Shown one piece after another: positions 20,428 to 30,155 of a stretch of DNA of 64,000 nt. Position 1 is the stretch's first letter. The number at the start of each line of letters is the position of its first letter. Origin of the DNA: a virus; IMG/VR virus record IMGVR_UViG_3300046453_000063, positions 32,001 to 96,000 of that record; one strand, given 5' to 3'. A model generated the notes under the pieces. It ran no database searches. It was not told the DNA's origin and worked only from the letters and a program-made list of their open reading frames with translations. The translations under genes were made by a program, and so were the position numbers.

Positions 20428-20595
20428 ATTACAGAAGTCAAACCAATTAGACCAACCGTTATAGAATTTGACACACAAGAAGAATATAATGCTTTCGTTG
20501 AGTACGCAACAAGTACAGAACCCGACAATTCAGAAGGAATGCAGCAACTAAGAGAGATGATGAAAAATCATAAACGAGCAAAGGAAAGAAAATAA
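20428..20595 (+). CDS. small hypothetical protein (ATT start)
   Basis: AAAGGAG RBS then ATT ACA GAA GTC; 55 codons. Confidence 0.5.
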   Translation: MTEVKPIRPTVIEFDTQEEYNAFVEYATSTEPDNSEGMQQLREMMKNHKRAKERK

Positions 20596-20673
20596 ATATA
20601 TACATATGAAAGAGGTGTTTTATGATAAATATGGGTTTAAAAAATAAACATAGCGATATTTGGTGGTGGGATT

Positions 20674-21372
20674 ATTAAGGAAAAAGATACAAAAAAATGC
20701 TCGATTTGCGGTAGTGAAAACAGAGTGTTTTTCAACAAAAGAATTGAAAAACTATTGTGCGATAAGCACAGCAAGCAACTAAGCAGATATGGGGAAATAC
20801 AAGAGAGGAATAGTCGTGACCCAAACGAAATTGTTGACTGTGGAGAATATTTGGAAATCATTATGTATGATAGAAAATTTAACGAAACCAGTAGAGCGAA
20901 AATAGATAAAGAAGATGAATGTAAAATAAATAAATATAAGTGGCACCTTGATTCAGATGGATATGCACATAATGGCAATGGAAAAAGAGGTCACATTTTA
21001 ATGCAAAATTTAATAATGAGTCCCAGTGAAGGGGAAATTGTTGATCATAAAGAATGGGACAGATTAGACAACAGAAAAGAAAACCTAAGAATCACTGACT
21101 ATTCAGGAAATAGCGCAAACACAAGAATACATAGGAATAATAAAACTGGAGTCACTGGTGTAATGGTTCGCTCAGAGTATGGAACTTGGAGAGCATGTAT
21201 CACACACAAAGGAAGGGCGATAGAATTGGGATCTTATAAAACCAAAAAAGATGCCGTGAGAGCACGATTGACAGCAGAAATAAAATACTACCCAGACTTA
21301 CCTCCCCAAAGACATTTATTTGAAGAATATGGAATTAGTGTAGAAGAGGGAGGTGCTAGTGTAGATGTGTAA
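20674..21372 (+). CDS. HNH-AP2 homing endonuclease
   Basis: VDHKEWDRLDNRKENLR, NNKTGVTGV, WRACI...LGSY; frame open upstream to ATT 20674 after GGTGG. Confidence 0.85.
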   Translation: MKEKDTKKCSICGSENRVFFNKRIEKLLCDKHSKQLSRYGEIQERNSRDPNEIVDCGEYLEIIMYDRKFNETSRAKIDKEDECKINKYKWHLDSDGYAHNGNGKRGHILMQNLIMSPSEGEIVDHKEWDRLDNRKENLRITDYSGNSANTRIHRNNKTGVTGVMVRSEYGTWRACITHKGRAIELGSYKTKKDAVRARLTAEIKYYPDLPPQRHLFEEYGISVEEGGASVDV

Positions 21373-22792
21373 TCAATGTAATTCAATACTACTACACAAT
21401 CACACTGACAGAGGCTCTAATCTCAAACTTCGAGATACCACAAACACCATAGAGGGATTGATTCAAACAGCACATGATATGGGGCATAAGGGATTAGCCA
21501 TAACCGACCACGAGTCTGTAAGTTCACATGTAAAAGCAATACAAATCACCGAACAACTAAAAAGGGATGGAAAAATAGCTCAAGACTTTAAACTAATCTT
21601 GGGCAATGAAATTTATCTAGTGGAGAACACAGAAGAGATTCGTACCAACTATAAATCTGGTGTAACGAAGTTTCCACATTTCCTGTTACTTGCCAAGGAT
21701 GCAGTCGGTCATGAGCAAATTCGCTATATGAGTTCTAAAGCTTGGGCAGATTCTTTTTACACTGGACCCATGCTAAGAACTCCAACTGAAAGAGGATTGC
21801 TTGAATCAATAATTAAAAGAGATCCTGGACACTTGATTGCTTCTAGTGCATGTCTGGGGTCTCCACATTGTATCTATCTACTTGAAATGAAAGCACACCA
21901 CGAAAATAATGACTTAGAGAAAGCAAAAGAAAGTTATAAAAAAGTTTGCGATTTCACTGAATGGTGTATTGATGTGTTTGGGAAAGATGATTTTTATCTC
22001 GAACTCCAGCCAGCTTATAGTGAGGAACAAATATATTGTAATAAACAATTACTTAAACTCTCTAATAAATATGGTCTTAAATACATAATCACTACTGATA
22101 GCCACTTTCTGCGTCCAGAAGATCGAATTGTACATAAGGCATTCTTGAATGCCAAAGAAGGAGAACGTGAGGTAGATGCTTTTTATGAAGCTACTTTTGT
22201 TCAAACGATTGATGAGATGTCAGAGCGACTAAATTATCTGGAACATGAAGTAATCAAAACAGCCTTAGACAATACAATAGAAATTGGGAATAAAATTAAA
22301 GACTACACAATTCTTAAACCGACTGTCATTCCCAAGATTGATTTACCTGACTTTAATCTTCGTGGAACTTTCAGATCTGTATATGGAAAATATGAATTTA
22401 TAAATAAAATGGCACACTCAGAAAACCCACAGGACAGATATATAGTTAAATTGATCGAAGATGGTTTTTATGAATACTTGCCCTACAATACATATTCAAC
22501 TGAGAAATTGCATTCTGTGGCTGGACGGATCAATGTTGAACTAGGTGAACTCTGGAAGATTTCAGAAACTCTTAATCAGTCAATGGCGAGTTATTATATT
22601 ACTGTCAGAGAAATTGTAAACGTAATTTGGGATGATGATTGCGGAAATAGTCTTGTGGGTGTTTCTCGTGGGTCTGCTGCTGGATATCTAATTTGCTTTC
22701 TTTTGGGTATCACACAAGTTAATCCACTTGAGTATGGAATTGAAATGCCACATTGGAGACATCTTACAGCCGAAAGACCTGAATTCCCGGAT
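21365..22792 (+). CDS. dnaE: DNA polymerase III alpha, exon 1 (PHP domain)
   Basis: HNHT, AITDH, GNE, SAC, TDSH, RGSAAG; ends ERPEFPD. Confidence 0.92.
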
Positions 22793-23918
22793 GGTTTAAC
22801 GTCCCTTCATACAGTAATGTATGTCGATCACCCTGTGAACGTCTAACAAACGGTGTGACTTTAAAAGTTGCTAACGGAGAAACCCTACTTCAATGGAAGG
22901 GGCAATTCCGTGCCAAGTTTCAATCTTTTATGCCAATTTGTAATATAGTCTCATCCAAGAAATGAGGCTAAAGCATTTTAAATGATAAATATTATGGATT
23001 TGTATATATAACTACAAATCACATTAACAACAAAAAATATATAGGAATACATACAAAATTTGATGATAACTATCTTGGTAGTGGGTTGCTTATTACTAGA
23101 GCCATCCAAAAATATGGAGCTGAGAATTTTTCAAGAGAAATTCTGTGCTATGCAGACTCATACGAAGAACTGGGGCAATTAGAAAGAGCATACATAAAGA
23201 AGTATAACGCAGCCATCAGCGATAACTTCTACAATATCCACGAAGGAGGCTACGGAGGAAATACTCAACTTGGATGGGATCGCACCAAGAAGGTAAAATT
23301 CTCTGAGAAAATGAGAGAAATAACACTTGGCAGTAAAAACGGACATTTTGGGAAAACTCATTCTGAAACCACAATAAACAAACTCAGAAATATCAGAATA
23401 GAATATTGGGAAAACATCGATCCAGTAACCAAAGAACATTTTAGAGAAAAAATGAAAGAAGTGGTAAGTGGAGAGAAAAATCCAAACTACGGAAATAAAT
23501 GGTCCGATGAACAAAAACTTAAATTAAGCAATCTGAAAATAACTTCTGAAATGCATGTGGGAATAAAAAATGGAATGTATGGTAAAAAGGGAACCGAGGC
23601 TTTAAACGGAAAAGCAATCTACATGTATAATACAAATTATGAATTTGTGCAGTGTTTCACTACTAGACAACTTGCTCTTGAGTTTCTTGGACTGAAAGGG
23701 CATGTTAAATTAGTTGAAGCTATAAAAACAGGAAGACTATATCACAATCATTATTGGCATAATGAAAAGATTGAAAAAGGTGTAGAGGCCATCGAAAACA
23801 CTAGCTTAAGCTAGGAAGTGAGTAGAGTAGGATAGGAGAATGGTTACTATCCGAAGTGCAGGGCATCCCCTACAGGATGATGATATGGTGCGCCCCATTT
23901 GTAAGAATGGAACAGGCG
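22793..23918 (+). mobile_element. group I intron in dnaE
   Basis: Removal restores PD|IDIDTE; exon ends in U pairing with IGS GUCC; intron ends in G; P3 CCCTGT/GCAGGG; Q GCAATTCCGTGCCAAG; R GTAGAGGCCA; S GATATGGT. Confidence 0.9.
22975..23814 (+). CDS. intron-encoded GIY-YIG endonuclease with NUMOD3 repeats
   Basis: YGFVYITTN...KKYIG upstream of the listed start; YLGSG, FYNI, GKTHSE, NPNYG; probable ATT start. Confidence 0.88.
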   Translation: MLNDKYYGFVYITTNHINNKKYIGIHTKFDDNYLGSGLLITRAIQKYGAENFSREILCYADSYEELGQLERAYIKKYNAAISDNFYNIHEGGYGGNTQLGWDRTKKVKFSEKMREITLGSKNGHFGKTHSETTINKLRNIRIEYWENIDPVTKEHFREKMKEVVSGEKNPNYGNKWSDEQKLKLSNLKITSEMHVGIKNGMYGKKGTEALNGKAIYMYNTNYEFVQCFTTRQLALEFLGLKGHVKLVEAIKTGRLYHNHYWHNEKIEKGVEAIENTSLS

Positions 23919-26444
23919 ATTGATATTGACACAGAGGCCGCAAAAAGAGATCAGATATTCAGACAATTGAAACAATATTTTGGTGAAGAGCGAGTATTGC
24001 AAGTATGTACTTTTGGAACTGAAGCATCTAAATCTGCTGTTCAAAGCGCAGCTCGTGGTCTTGGAATTGATAATGATGTAGCAATGTATGTTTCAGGACT
24101 AGTTCCATTTGAACGAGGAAGCAACTGGACGCTTTCAGATTGTGTAAATGGAAATGAAGAGAAAGAAAGAAAGCCAGTACAAGAGTTTATCACTGAGATT
24201 AATAAACACGAACATTGGCTAAACGTTGCAATGAAAATCGAAGGACTTGTAAACAAACGCAGTATCCATGCCAGTGGTGTTATTGTCTTTAATGAAGAAT
24301 TCTATAAAACCAATGCAATGATGACTGCACCGAATGGAACACATGTAACGCAATTTAGTCTTGAGGATTGCGAAGCAGTATCAAATATGAAATTTGACCT
24401 TTTGACGATTGAAGGACTTGATAAAATTCGAGTCACATTAGATACATTACTTGCAGAAAACCTCATGGAGTGGCAAGGTACGATACGCAAAACCTACAAT
24501 AAGTATTTGCACCCTAACAAAATTGATATGGTTAGTCCCAAAGTATACGACTTAATTGGTTCGGATAGTATTACTGATTTATTTCAATTTTCTACAGAAA
24601 TAGGAATTCAAACAGTAAAAAGAACTAAGCCAGCAAACTTAATTGAACTTGCGTCTGCCAACTCACTTATGAGACTAATGGGAAGTGGACATGGAACTGA
24701 AACACCTATTGATAGTTTCATTCGTTTCAAAAACAATATTAGTGAATGGTACGGAGAACTTCAAAAACATCAACTTAATGAAGATGAAATTAAGATACTT
24801 GAAAAACATCTTTTAACATTAAACGGTGTTGCCGATACACAAGAATCTATCATGTTGTTGTCGATGGATGAAAAAGTTGCTGGATTTTCAATACAGGATG
24901 CCAATAAATTAAGAAAAATCATTGCCAAGAAAAAGGCAACTGAAATTGAAAAAATTAAGAAGACGTTTTACAAAAAAGGCTTAGAACTAGGCAATAGAAC
25001 TGAAATGCTTGATTACGTATGGAATGTGCAGATCGTAAGACAGCTAGGATATTCATTCTCAATCCTTCACACACTTGCATATTCAATTATTGCTCTACAA
25101 GAAGCAAGTCTGAACATAAACTATAATCCCATCTATTGGAGAACAGCATGTCTAACGGTCAATTCAGCATCCATAGATAATGAATCAGACGATGATGAAG
25201 AAGACACTAAATCAAAGTCGCAATCCACTAACTATGGTAAAATTGCTTCTGCAATTGGGAACATGCAGAGTCGTGGAGTAAAAGTTGGTTTGCCAAATAT
25301 CAATAAAGCTTACTTTGGATTCAAACCCGATATTATCGAAGATCAAATCATATTTGGATTAAAAGGTATTAATGGTATTGGTGATGATGTAGTGCAAAGT
25401 GTTATTCAGAATCGACCATATGCTTCATTTGATGATTTCCTGGTACGAATGTATGACACCTCAATCATCAAGAAAGCACAATTAATTCAACTAATTAAAG
25501 CAGGATGTTTCGAGACATTTGGTAATCGTATTTCTATAATGAAGACTTTCGTAAACAAACTCTACATACCAAAAGAAAAACTAAATCTTCAGAATCTAAA
25601 TGCTGTAATTGAATGTGGTCTAATCCCTCAAGAGATGCAACAGTATTCCAAACTCTTCAATTTCAGAAAGTATGTAATGAAGAAAATACATAGAAAAGTT
25701 GAGAAAGATAAGTATTATGCACTAGATAAGATTTCTACTCCATTTTATTATGAGAATTTCTCTGATCAAGGAATCAAAGAATACAGTGGCAATTTCCCTG
25801 TAATCAGCGAGAACGTATTTAAAAAAGAATACGATAAGAAGATGGATGGAATTAGAGAATGGTTGTCACTCCCTGAAACCTTAGAGCAATTTAATGCTAA
25901 ACAATATGAATTGGAATGGGAATCAGTTGCTGAAGGTACAGTTAGTAAATGGGAAATGGATTCACTCTCTTTCTATTATACTGAACATGAACTTGAACAT
26001 ATTGACTATACACGTTACGGAATCAGTAAATTTGGCGATCTGCCCGAAGAACCAATAGTAGCTTCAATGATGACGTTTAGAAATGGTAATAGTAGACCTA
26101 AGTTTAAACTTGATTTTATCATGGGAACCGTTTTAGACAAGGACAAGAACAAAAAGACCGTTGCCCTTCTAACAACTGATGGAGTGGTGACACTTAAATT
26201 TTCCGATGGAGAATTTGCACACTACAATAAACAAGTGTCTAAGCCTAAGCCTGATGGAGGAAAACAGATTGTAGAAAAGACTTGGTTTGCCAGAGGAAAT
26301 AAACTGGTGCTGTGTGGATATCGTAGGGGAGCGCAGTTTAAGCCGCATCGTTACAAAGATACCAATGTTAAACATACAACGATGCTCATAACTGCAATTG
26401 GCAAGGATGGCTCGATAAAAGTGGAAACAGAAAGAAAAAAATAA
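23919..26444 (+). CDS. dnaE: DNA polymerase III alpha, exon 2
   Basis: IDIDTE, HASGV, KFDLL, GYSFS, FGLKGINGIG. Confidence 0.92.
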   Translation: MDIDTEAAKRDQIFRQLKQYFGEERVLQVCTFGTEASKSAVQSAARGLGIDNDVAMYVSGLVPFERGSNWTLSDCVNGNEEKERKPVQEFITEINKHEHWLNVAMKIEGLVNKRSIHASGVIVFNEEFYKTNAMMTAPNGTHVTQFSLEDCEAVSNMKFDLLTIEGLDKIRVTLDTLLAENLMEWQGTIRKTYNKYLHPNKIDMVSPKVYDLIGSDSITDLFQFSTEIGIQTVKRTKPANLIELASANSLMRLMGSGHGTETPIDSFIRFKNNISEWYGELQKHQLNEDEIKILEKHLLTLNGVADTQESIMLLSMDEKVAGFSIQDANKLRKIIAKKKATEIEKIKKTFYKKGLELGNRTEMLDYVWNVQIVRQLGYSFSILHTLAYSIIALQEASLNINYNPIYWRTACLTVNSASIDNESDDDEEDTKSKSQSTNYGKIASAIGNMQSRGVKVGLPNINKAYFGFKPDIIEDQIIFGLKGINGIGDDVVQSVIQNRPYASFDDFLVRMYDTSIIKKAQLIQLIKAGCFETFGNRISIMKTFVNKLYIPKEKLNLQNLNAVIECGLIPQEMQQYSKLFNFRKYVMKKIHRKVEKDKYYALDKISTPFYYENFSDQGIKEYSGNFPVISENVFKKEYDKKMDGIREWLSLPETLEQFNAKQYELEWESVAEGTVSKWEMDSLSFYYTEHELEHIDYTRYGISKFGDLPEEPIVASMMTFRNGNSRPKFKLDFIMGTVLDKDKNKKTVALLTTDGVVTLKFSDGEFAHYNKQVSKPKPDGGKQIVEKTWFARGNKLVLCGYRRGAQFKPHRYKDTNVKHTTMLITAIGKDGSIKVETERKK

Positions 26445-26602
26445 ATATAAGAAGGAGAATTGAATTATGGAAGACAATCTCACCAAACTATCCAAATCAT
26501 CAATCGAAAAACTTCTAAATCGCCCAATCTCAAACGATTACTATGAACTACTACTCAGGGAGTCATTAATTAATCTCTTAGAAACGAAGGAAAATGAAGA
26601 AT

Positions 26603-26863
26603 ATGAATAAATATAATAACAACAATGAATTTGATTATCACATTTCATCTTATGCTAATAAATTCTTCCCTGATCCACAGGATAAGGAGGTGACTAATTA
26701 TTCTACATGTGCGGGATGTGGCGAAGAAGTAAATTTAAGTGATGTTGCTGAAGGAGAAATTCTAAATATTTATGGCATGTGTGTACATGATGATCGACAG
26801 TGTATCAAGGATGCTGTTGAGGCGAGAGTTGTTACTTTGGATGAGATTGTTAATGAAGAATAA
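26603..26863 (+). CDS. small zinc-binding hypothetical protein
   Basis: PDPQD, CAGC, CVH...C. Confidence 0.65.
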   Translation: MNKYNNNNEFDYHISSYANKFFPDPQDKEVTNYSTCAGCGEEVNLSDVAEGEILNIYGMCVHDDRQCIKDAVEARVVTLDEIVNEE

Positions 26864-27065
26864 TTAATGAATAAATATAGGAGAGTGATTATTTGAATCT
26901 AGTAGGACATAATATTGCATTGGTTGAACAACTAAAAATACATATGATTAACAAATTGAATGAATATCATAAAGATGGATTTATTGTGGAAGGTAGATTT
27001 GAAGAATTACTGGAAAAGGAAGTTAAAGCGTTAGATGAACGGATTAAAACTATGCGTGGTTTACT

Positions 27066-27638
27066 ATGAGAGTAAAACTAATATTGCCATTACCGATTTC
27101 AATTAATGATCTATATATTAATCAATATGTTTGGGATGTTAAAGCAAGGAAGATGGTTCCTAGCGGCAAACGAATCTTAAGTAAAGACGGAGAACGCGTA
27201 AAGCAAGAAATAATCAACTCCGCAACAGAACAAATGCGTAAGTTTGAGTGGGACTACGAATACACCAAAACACATTATCTGTACATGGACTCATACATAT
27301 TTTTCAATCGTAAAGGTCGAGATGACAACAATATATATAAGTTAAATAATGATGCTCTTGAAAAGATCGTCTATGACAATGACAGCAGAGTTTTAACAAG
27401 AACTCAACGAATCTTATACGATAAAAGGAACCCAAGAGTTGAGTTGGAATTCTATCCTGTTGAATTCGTTGGTATCTTCGACAACGAGAATGAGTCTGAG
27501 AAATTCATAAGCAAATGTATGTCATGTAAAAGATATAAGCGAAACTGCTCAATATTAAATGCTGCATTAGATGGATTTATTCAAGACGATATTAATGAAG
27601 ATAAAATTTGCAATACATATAGTCCAATTAAAAAGTAG
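27066..27638 (+). CDS. rusA: RusA-like Holliday junction resolvase
   Basis: PISINDLY, RDDNNIYKLNNDAL, YDND, PRVE. Confidence 0.8.
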   Translation: MRVKLILPLPISINDLYINQYVWDVKARKMVPSGKRILSKDGERVKQEIINSATEQMRKFEWDYEYTKTHYLYMDSYIFFNRKGRDDNNIYKLNNDALEKIVYDNDSRVLTRTQRILYDKRNPRVELEFYPVEFVGIFDNENESEKFISKCMSCKRYKRNCSILNAALDGFIQDDINEDKICNTYSPIKK

Positions 27639-27651
27639 AGGAATAATACAT

Positions 27652-27864
27652 ATGGAAACAGTGTTTTGCGAAAACAATGAATATGAAGTTATTGGCTATG
27701 GAGAAGACGGTAGAATCAATGCCTTACAACGAATTAATCCCAAAACAAAAATGAAAGTTAAACTTAGTTTTAGTAATGATGTCGATATTAATGAAGTAGA
27801 TAGTTATAATGCACAGTTGCTTGAAAATCAAAAACACTATTTACTAAAACAAAAAAGACCCTAA
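27652..27864 (+). CDS. small protein, candidate recombination directionality factor
   Basis: GAGGA RBS; last gene of the early operon before the recombinase; function inferred from position only. Confidence 0.5.
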   Translation: METVFCENNEYEVIGYGEDGRINALQRINPKTKMKVKLSFSNDVDINEVDSYNAQLLENQKHYLLKQKRP

Positions 27865-27876
27865 ATTGGGTCTTTT
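27851..27876. terminator. bidirectional terminator
   Basis: AAAAAAGACCC-TAAATT-GGGTCTTTT between converging units. Confidence 0.8.
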
Positions 27877-27892
27877 CTTTATTCTTCTGTGA

Positions 27893-27965
27893 TGGACTCT
27901 CAGGGGCTCGAACCCTGGACAAATAGATTAAGAGTCTACTGCTCTACCAACTGAGCTAAGAGTCC
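27893..27965 (-). tRNA. tRNA-Lys(CTT)
   Basis: GGACTCTTAGCTCAGTTGGTAGAGCAGTAGACTCTTAATCTAT...GGTTCGAGCC...GAGTCCA; CCA not encoded. Confidence 0.93.
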
Positions 27966-27987
27966 GTAGTGATGTGTGAAATTTATA

Positions 27988-28059
27988 TGGAGCGTAAGGG
28001 GGTCGAACCCTTGACCTCTTCGCTGCCAGCGAAGCGTTCTCCCACTGAACTAACGCCCC
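27988..28059 (-). tRNA. tRNA-Ala(GGC)
   Basis: GGGGCGTTAGTTCAGTGGGAGAACGCTTCGCTGGCAGCGAAG...GTTCGA...CGCTCCA; G3:U70 present. Confidence 0.93.
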
Positions 28060-28081
28060 ATGCGTTTTTCTCACAAGAAAT

Positions 28082-28144
28082 AATATATCATAAAGAAAAA
28101 AATTAGTCAACATTATTTACAAAATCAATAATTACGTTTAAAAT
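28082..28144. promoter_or_regulatory. back-to-back sigma-A promoters for the tRNAs (-) and recombinase (+)
   Basis: Minus: TTGACT-N17-TATATT with TG; plus: TTTACA(28116)-N17-TAAAAT(28139). Confidence 0.7.
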
Positions 28145-28180
28145 ATGGTAGTACATAAGAATAAGTGGAGGGGTAAAAAC

Positions 28181-29905
28181 ATGGCAGGTAAAAAACGGGT
28201 TGCAGCATTCTACAGAGTATCAACGAAAGGTCAACTTGATGGAAATGACATTCCTATGCAACGCAGAGCGTGTCAGGATTTTATCGATAGTAATGGATGG
28301 GTATTGGTGAAGGAATATACCGAGAAGGGTGTCTCTGGATATAAGAAATCAAACGATGACAGAGATGAAATACAACGAGCTAAATATGATGCAGAAAACG
28401 GACATTTTGATATATTGTTGTGCTTCATGTTTGACCGATTAGGCAGAAAAACTTATGAAACACCATTGCTGCTTAAATGGTTTAGCACAAAAGGAATTGA
28501 AGTGTGGTCTGTAAAAGAGGGGCAACAAGAGTTTACAAATGAGGGACACGACATTACAAACTTCTTAAGATTCTGGCAGTCAAATAATGAATCCAGAAAA
28601 ACATCCATGCGTGTTAATGAAAAACATACACAGATGGCTGAAGATGGAGCCTTCAGGGGAGGCACAGCACCGTTTGGATATCATCTCGTGAAGTCTGGTT
28701 TGAAAAATAAAAAAGGTAAAGAGTTGATGAAGTTAGAAATCGATGAAGATCAGTCAGTGGTAGTGAAATTAATGTTTAACATGGTTGTTGAAGAGGGATT
28801 TGGTAGTAATCGAATTGCTAAGTTCCTAAACGAAAATAAAATTAAATCCTCCACTGGGGGGAACTGGAATACTGCTGCCGTGAATTTCATTTTAAGAAAT
28901 CCGGTATACAAGGGCTATCCCGCATATGGAAAACGAAAGTCAATAGAAGGTGTTTTCGAAACGAAAGGTCGAGATGAATGGACAATGCCAGACCAACAAC
29001 AACTTCACTTGGTGATTATAGATGAAGAAGTTTTTGATAATATTCAGGCGCTAAGAAGTTTGAAATCTAAAGAAAAAATCAAAGATAACAATCGTGAACG
29101 AGTCAATACTTCTGTTGGTCCACTTCTGTTGGTAGGTTTTATTAAGTGTGGCTATTGTGGATCTCCATTAACTACAACATATAATCAGAAAAAATATGCG
29201 CTCGCTGACGGTTCAATTCAGATGTGGAAAAGAGCTGTATATAGATGTTCAGGCAAGGCGCTAAAGAAAATTGATTGCAAGGGACAGACCGTGTATGCAC
29301 AAAATAAAATAGAGGACACTGTTGCTGATGAAGTTAATAATTATCTTGCTTATATGAAAAAAATAGATTATAAAGAGTTTGCAAAAGACTATGATCAAGA
29401 AGAATATCAATACATTAAAAAATCGCTCGATGCAAAAAATAAAGAAATAGCGAACGAATATGATGAATTGAATACACTCAAAAAAGAAGTCACAAAAAGC
29501 ATATTGGGTAAAAGTGCTTTCAAGCCAGAACTGTTAAATGAAATGATCGGAGATAAAGAAAAGGAGTTGCAAAAACTTGACCAAGAAATTAGATCATTGG
29601 AAGAGAGCCTTCAAACCAAAAAATTAGAGTTAAGCGAGATAAAAGAATTGGCTGAAAATATTGGCATTTGGATTACCAAATACAAGGAGGCAAGTCATGA
29701 CAAGAAGAAGGTTATGTTGAGGGGATTAATCGAGGGAATAACTGTGTTTAAGGATCAAATAGATATTAAGTTCAGATTAGACATTACACAGTTCTTATCT
29801 AGCGCTGGTAATGGTAGTATATCTGACCTACGTGGGAGTACACGTAAGGCGATTGTACTACCATCAAAATGCATATCCAAGCGATACAAACTACGTTACG
29901 CTTAA
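28181..29905 (+). CDS. large serine recombinase (phage integrase)
   Basis: FYRVST, DRLGR, GGTAPFGY, ILRNPVYKG, CGYCG zinc ribbon, coiled coil; GGAGGG RBS. Confidence 0.95.
   Translation: MAGKKRVAAFYRVSTKGQLDGNDIPMQRRACQDFIDSNGWVLVKEYTEKGVSGYKKSNDDRDEIQRAKYDAENGHFDILLCFMFDRLGRKTYETPLLLKWFSTKGIEVWSVKEGQQEFTNEGHDITNFLRFWQSNNESRKTSMRVNEKHTQMAEDGAFRGGTAPFGYHLVKSGLKNKKGKELMKLEIDEDQSVVVKLMFNMVVEEGFGSNRIAKFLNENKIKSSTGGNWNTAAVNFILRNPVYKGYPAYGKRKSIEGVFETKGRDEWTMPDQQQLHLVIIDEEVFDNIQALRSLKSKEKIKDNNRERVNTSVGPLLLVGFIKCGYCGSPLTTTYNQKKYALADGSIQMWKRAVYRCSGKALKKIDCKGQTVYAQNKIEDTVADEVNNYLAYMKKIDYKEFAKDYDQEEYQYIKKSLDAKNKEIANEYDELNTLKKEVTKSILGKSAFKPELLNEMIGDKEKELQKLDQEIRSLEESLQTKKLELSEIKELAENIGIWITKYKEASHDKKKVMLRGLIEGITVFKDQIDIKFRLDITQFLSSAGNGSISDLRGSTRKAIVLPSKCISKRYKLRYA
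29811..29864. other. putative attP inside the integrase 3' end
   Basis: 54-bp imperfect palindrome ATGGTAGTA...TACGTG-GGAGTA-CACGTA...TACTACCAT. Confidence 0.65.
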
Positions 29906-29993
29906 TATATAAATGATTATTTATGAAATTGGTTTAATTTTTAATGTTTATGGACAACCTAATATTACATCTTCAGACCACACAGAAAAAAAT

Positions 29994-30029
29994 AACCCCC
30001 AAATGGATTAATCTCCAGATGGGGGTTTG
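29994..30029. terminator. terminator at the early/late convergence
   Basis: AACCCCC...GGGGGTT stem with A-rich and T-rich flanks. Confidence 0.6.
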
Positions 30030-30155
30030 TTGTTTTGATTTTGTTTGTTCATAGTTGTACGATATGGGGGTTAATAGATTATATATATTTATATTGTCGT
30101 GATTGAGAAGCATGTAAGAAGTACGCTTATATGTATAGTAAATCAATGTATAAGA

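Noticed and set aside
21365-26444. dnaE as two genes, a pseudogene or an intein-split gene
   Set aside because: No intein motifs; group I core elements and a clean in-frame exon junction explain the split.
27893-28059. tRNAs as the integration site
   Set aside because: Both are full-length with promoter and terminator, no duplicated fragment is seen, and a better attP candidate lies at 29811-29864.
27928-28113. 61-aa ORF on the - strand
   Set aside because: Shadow translation of the two tRNA genes and their promoter.
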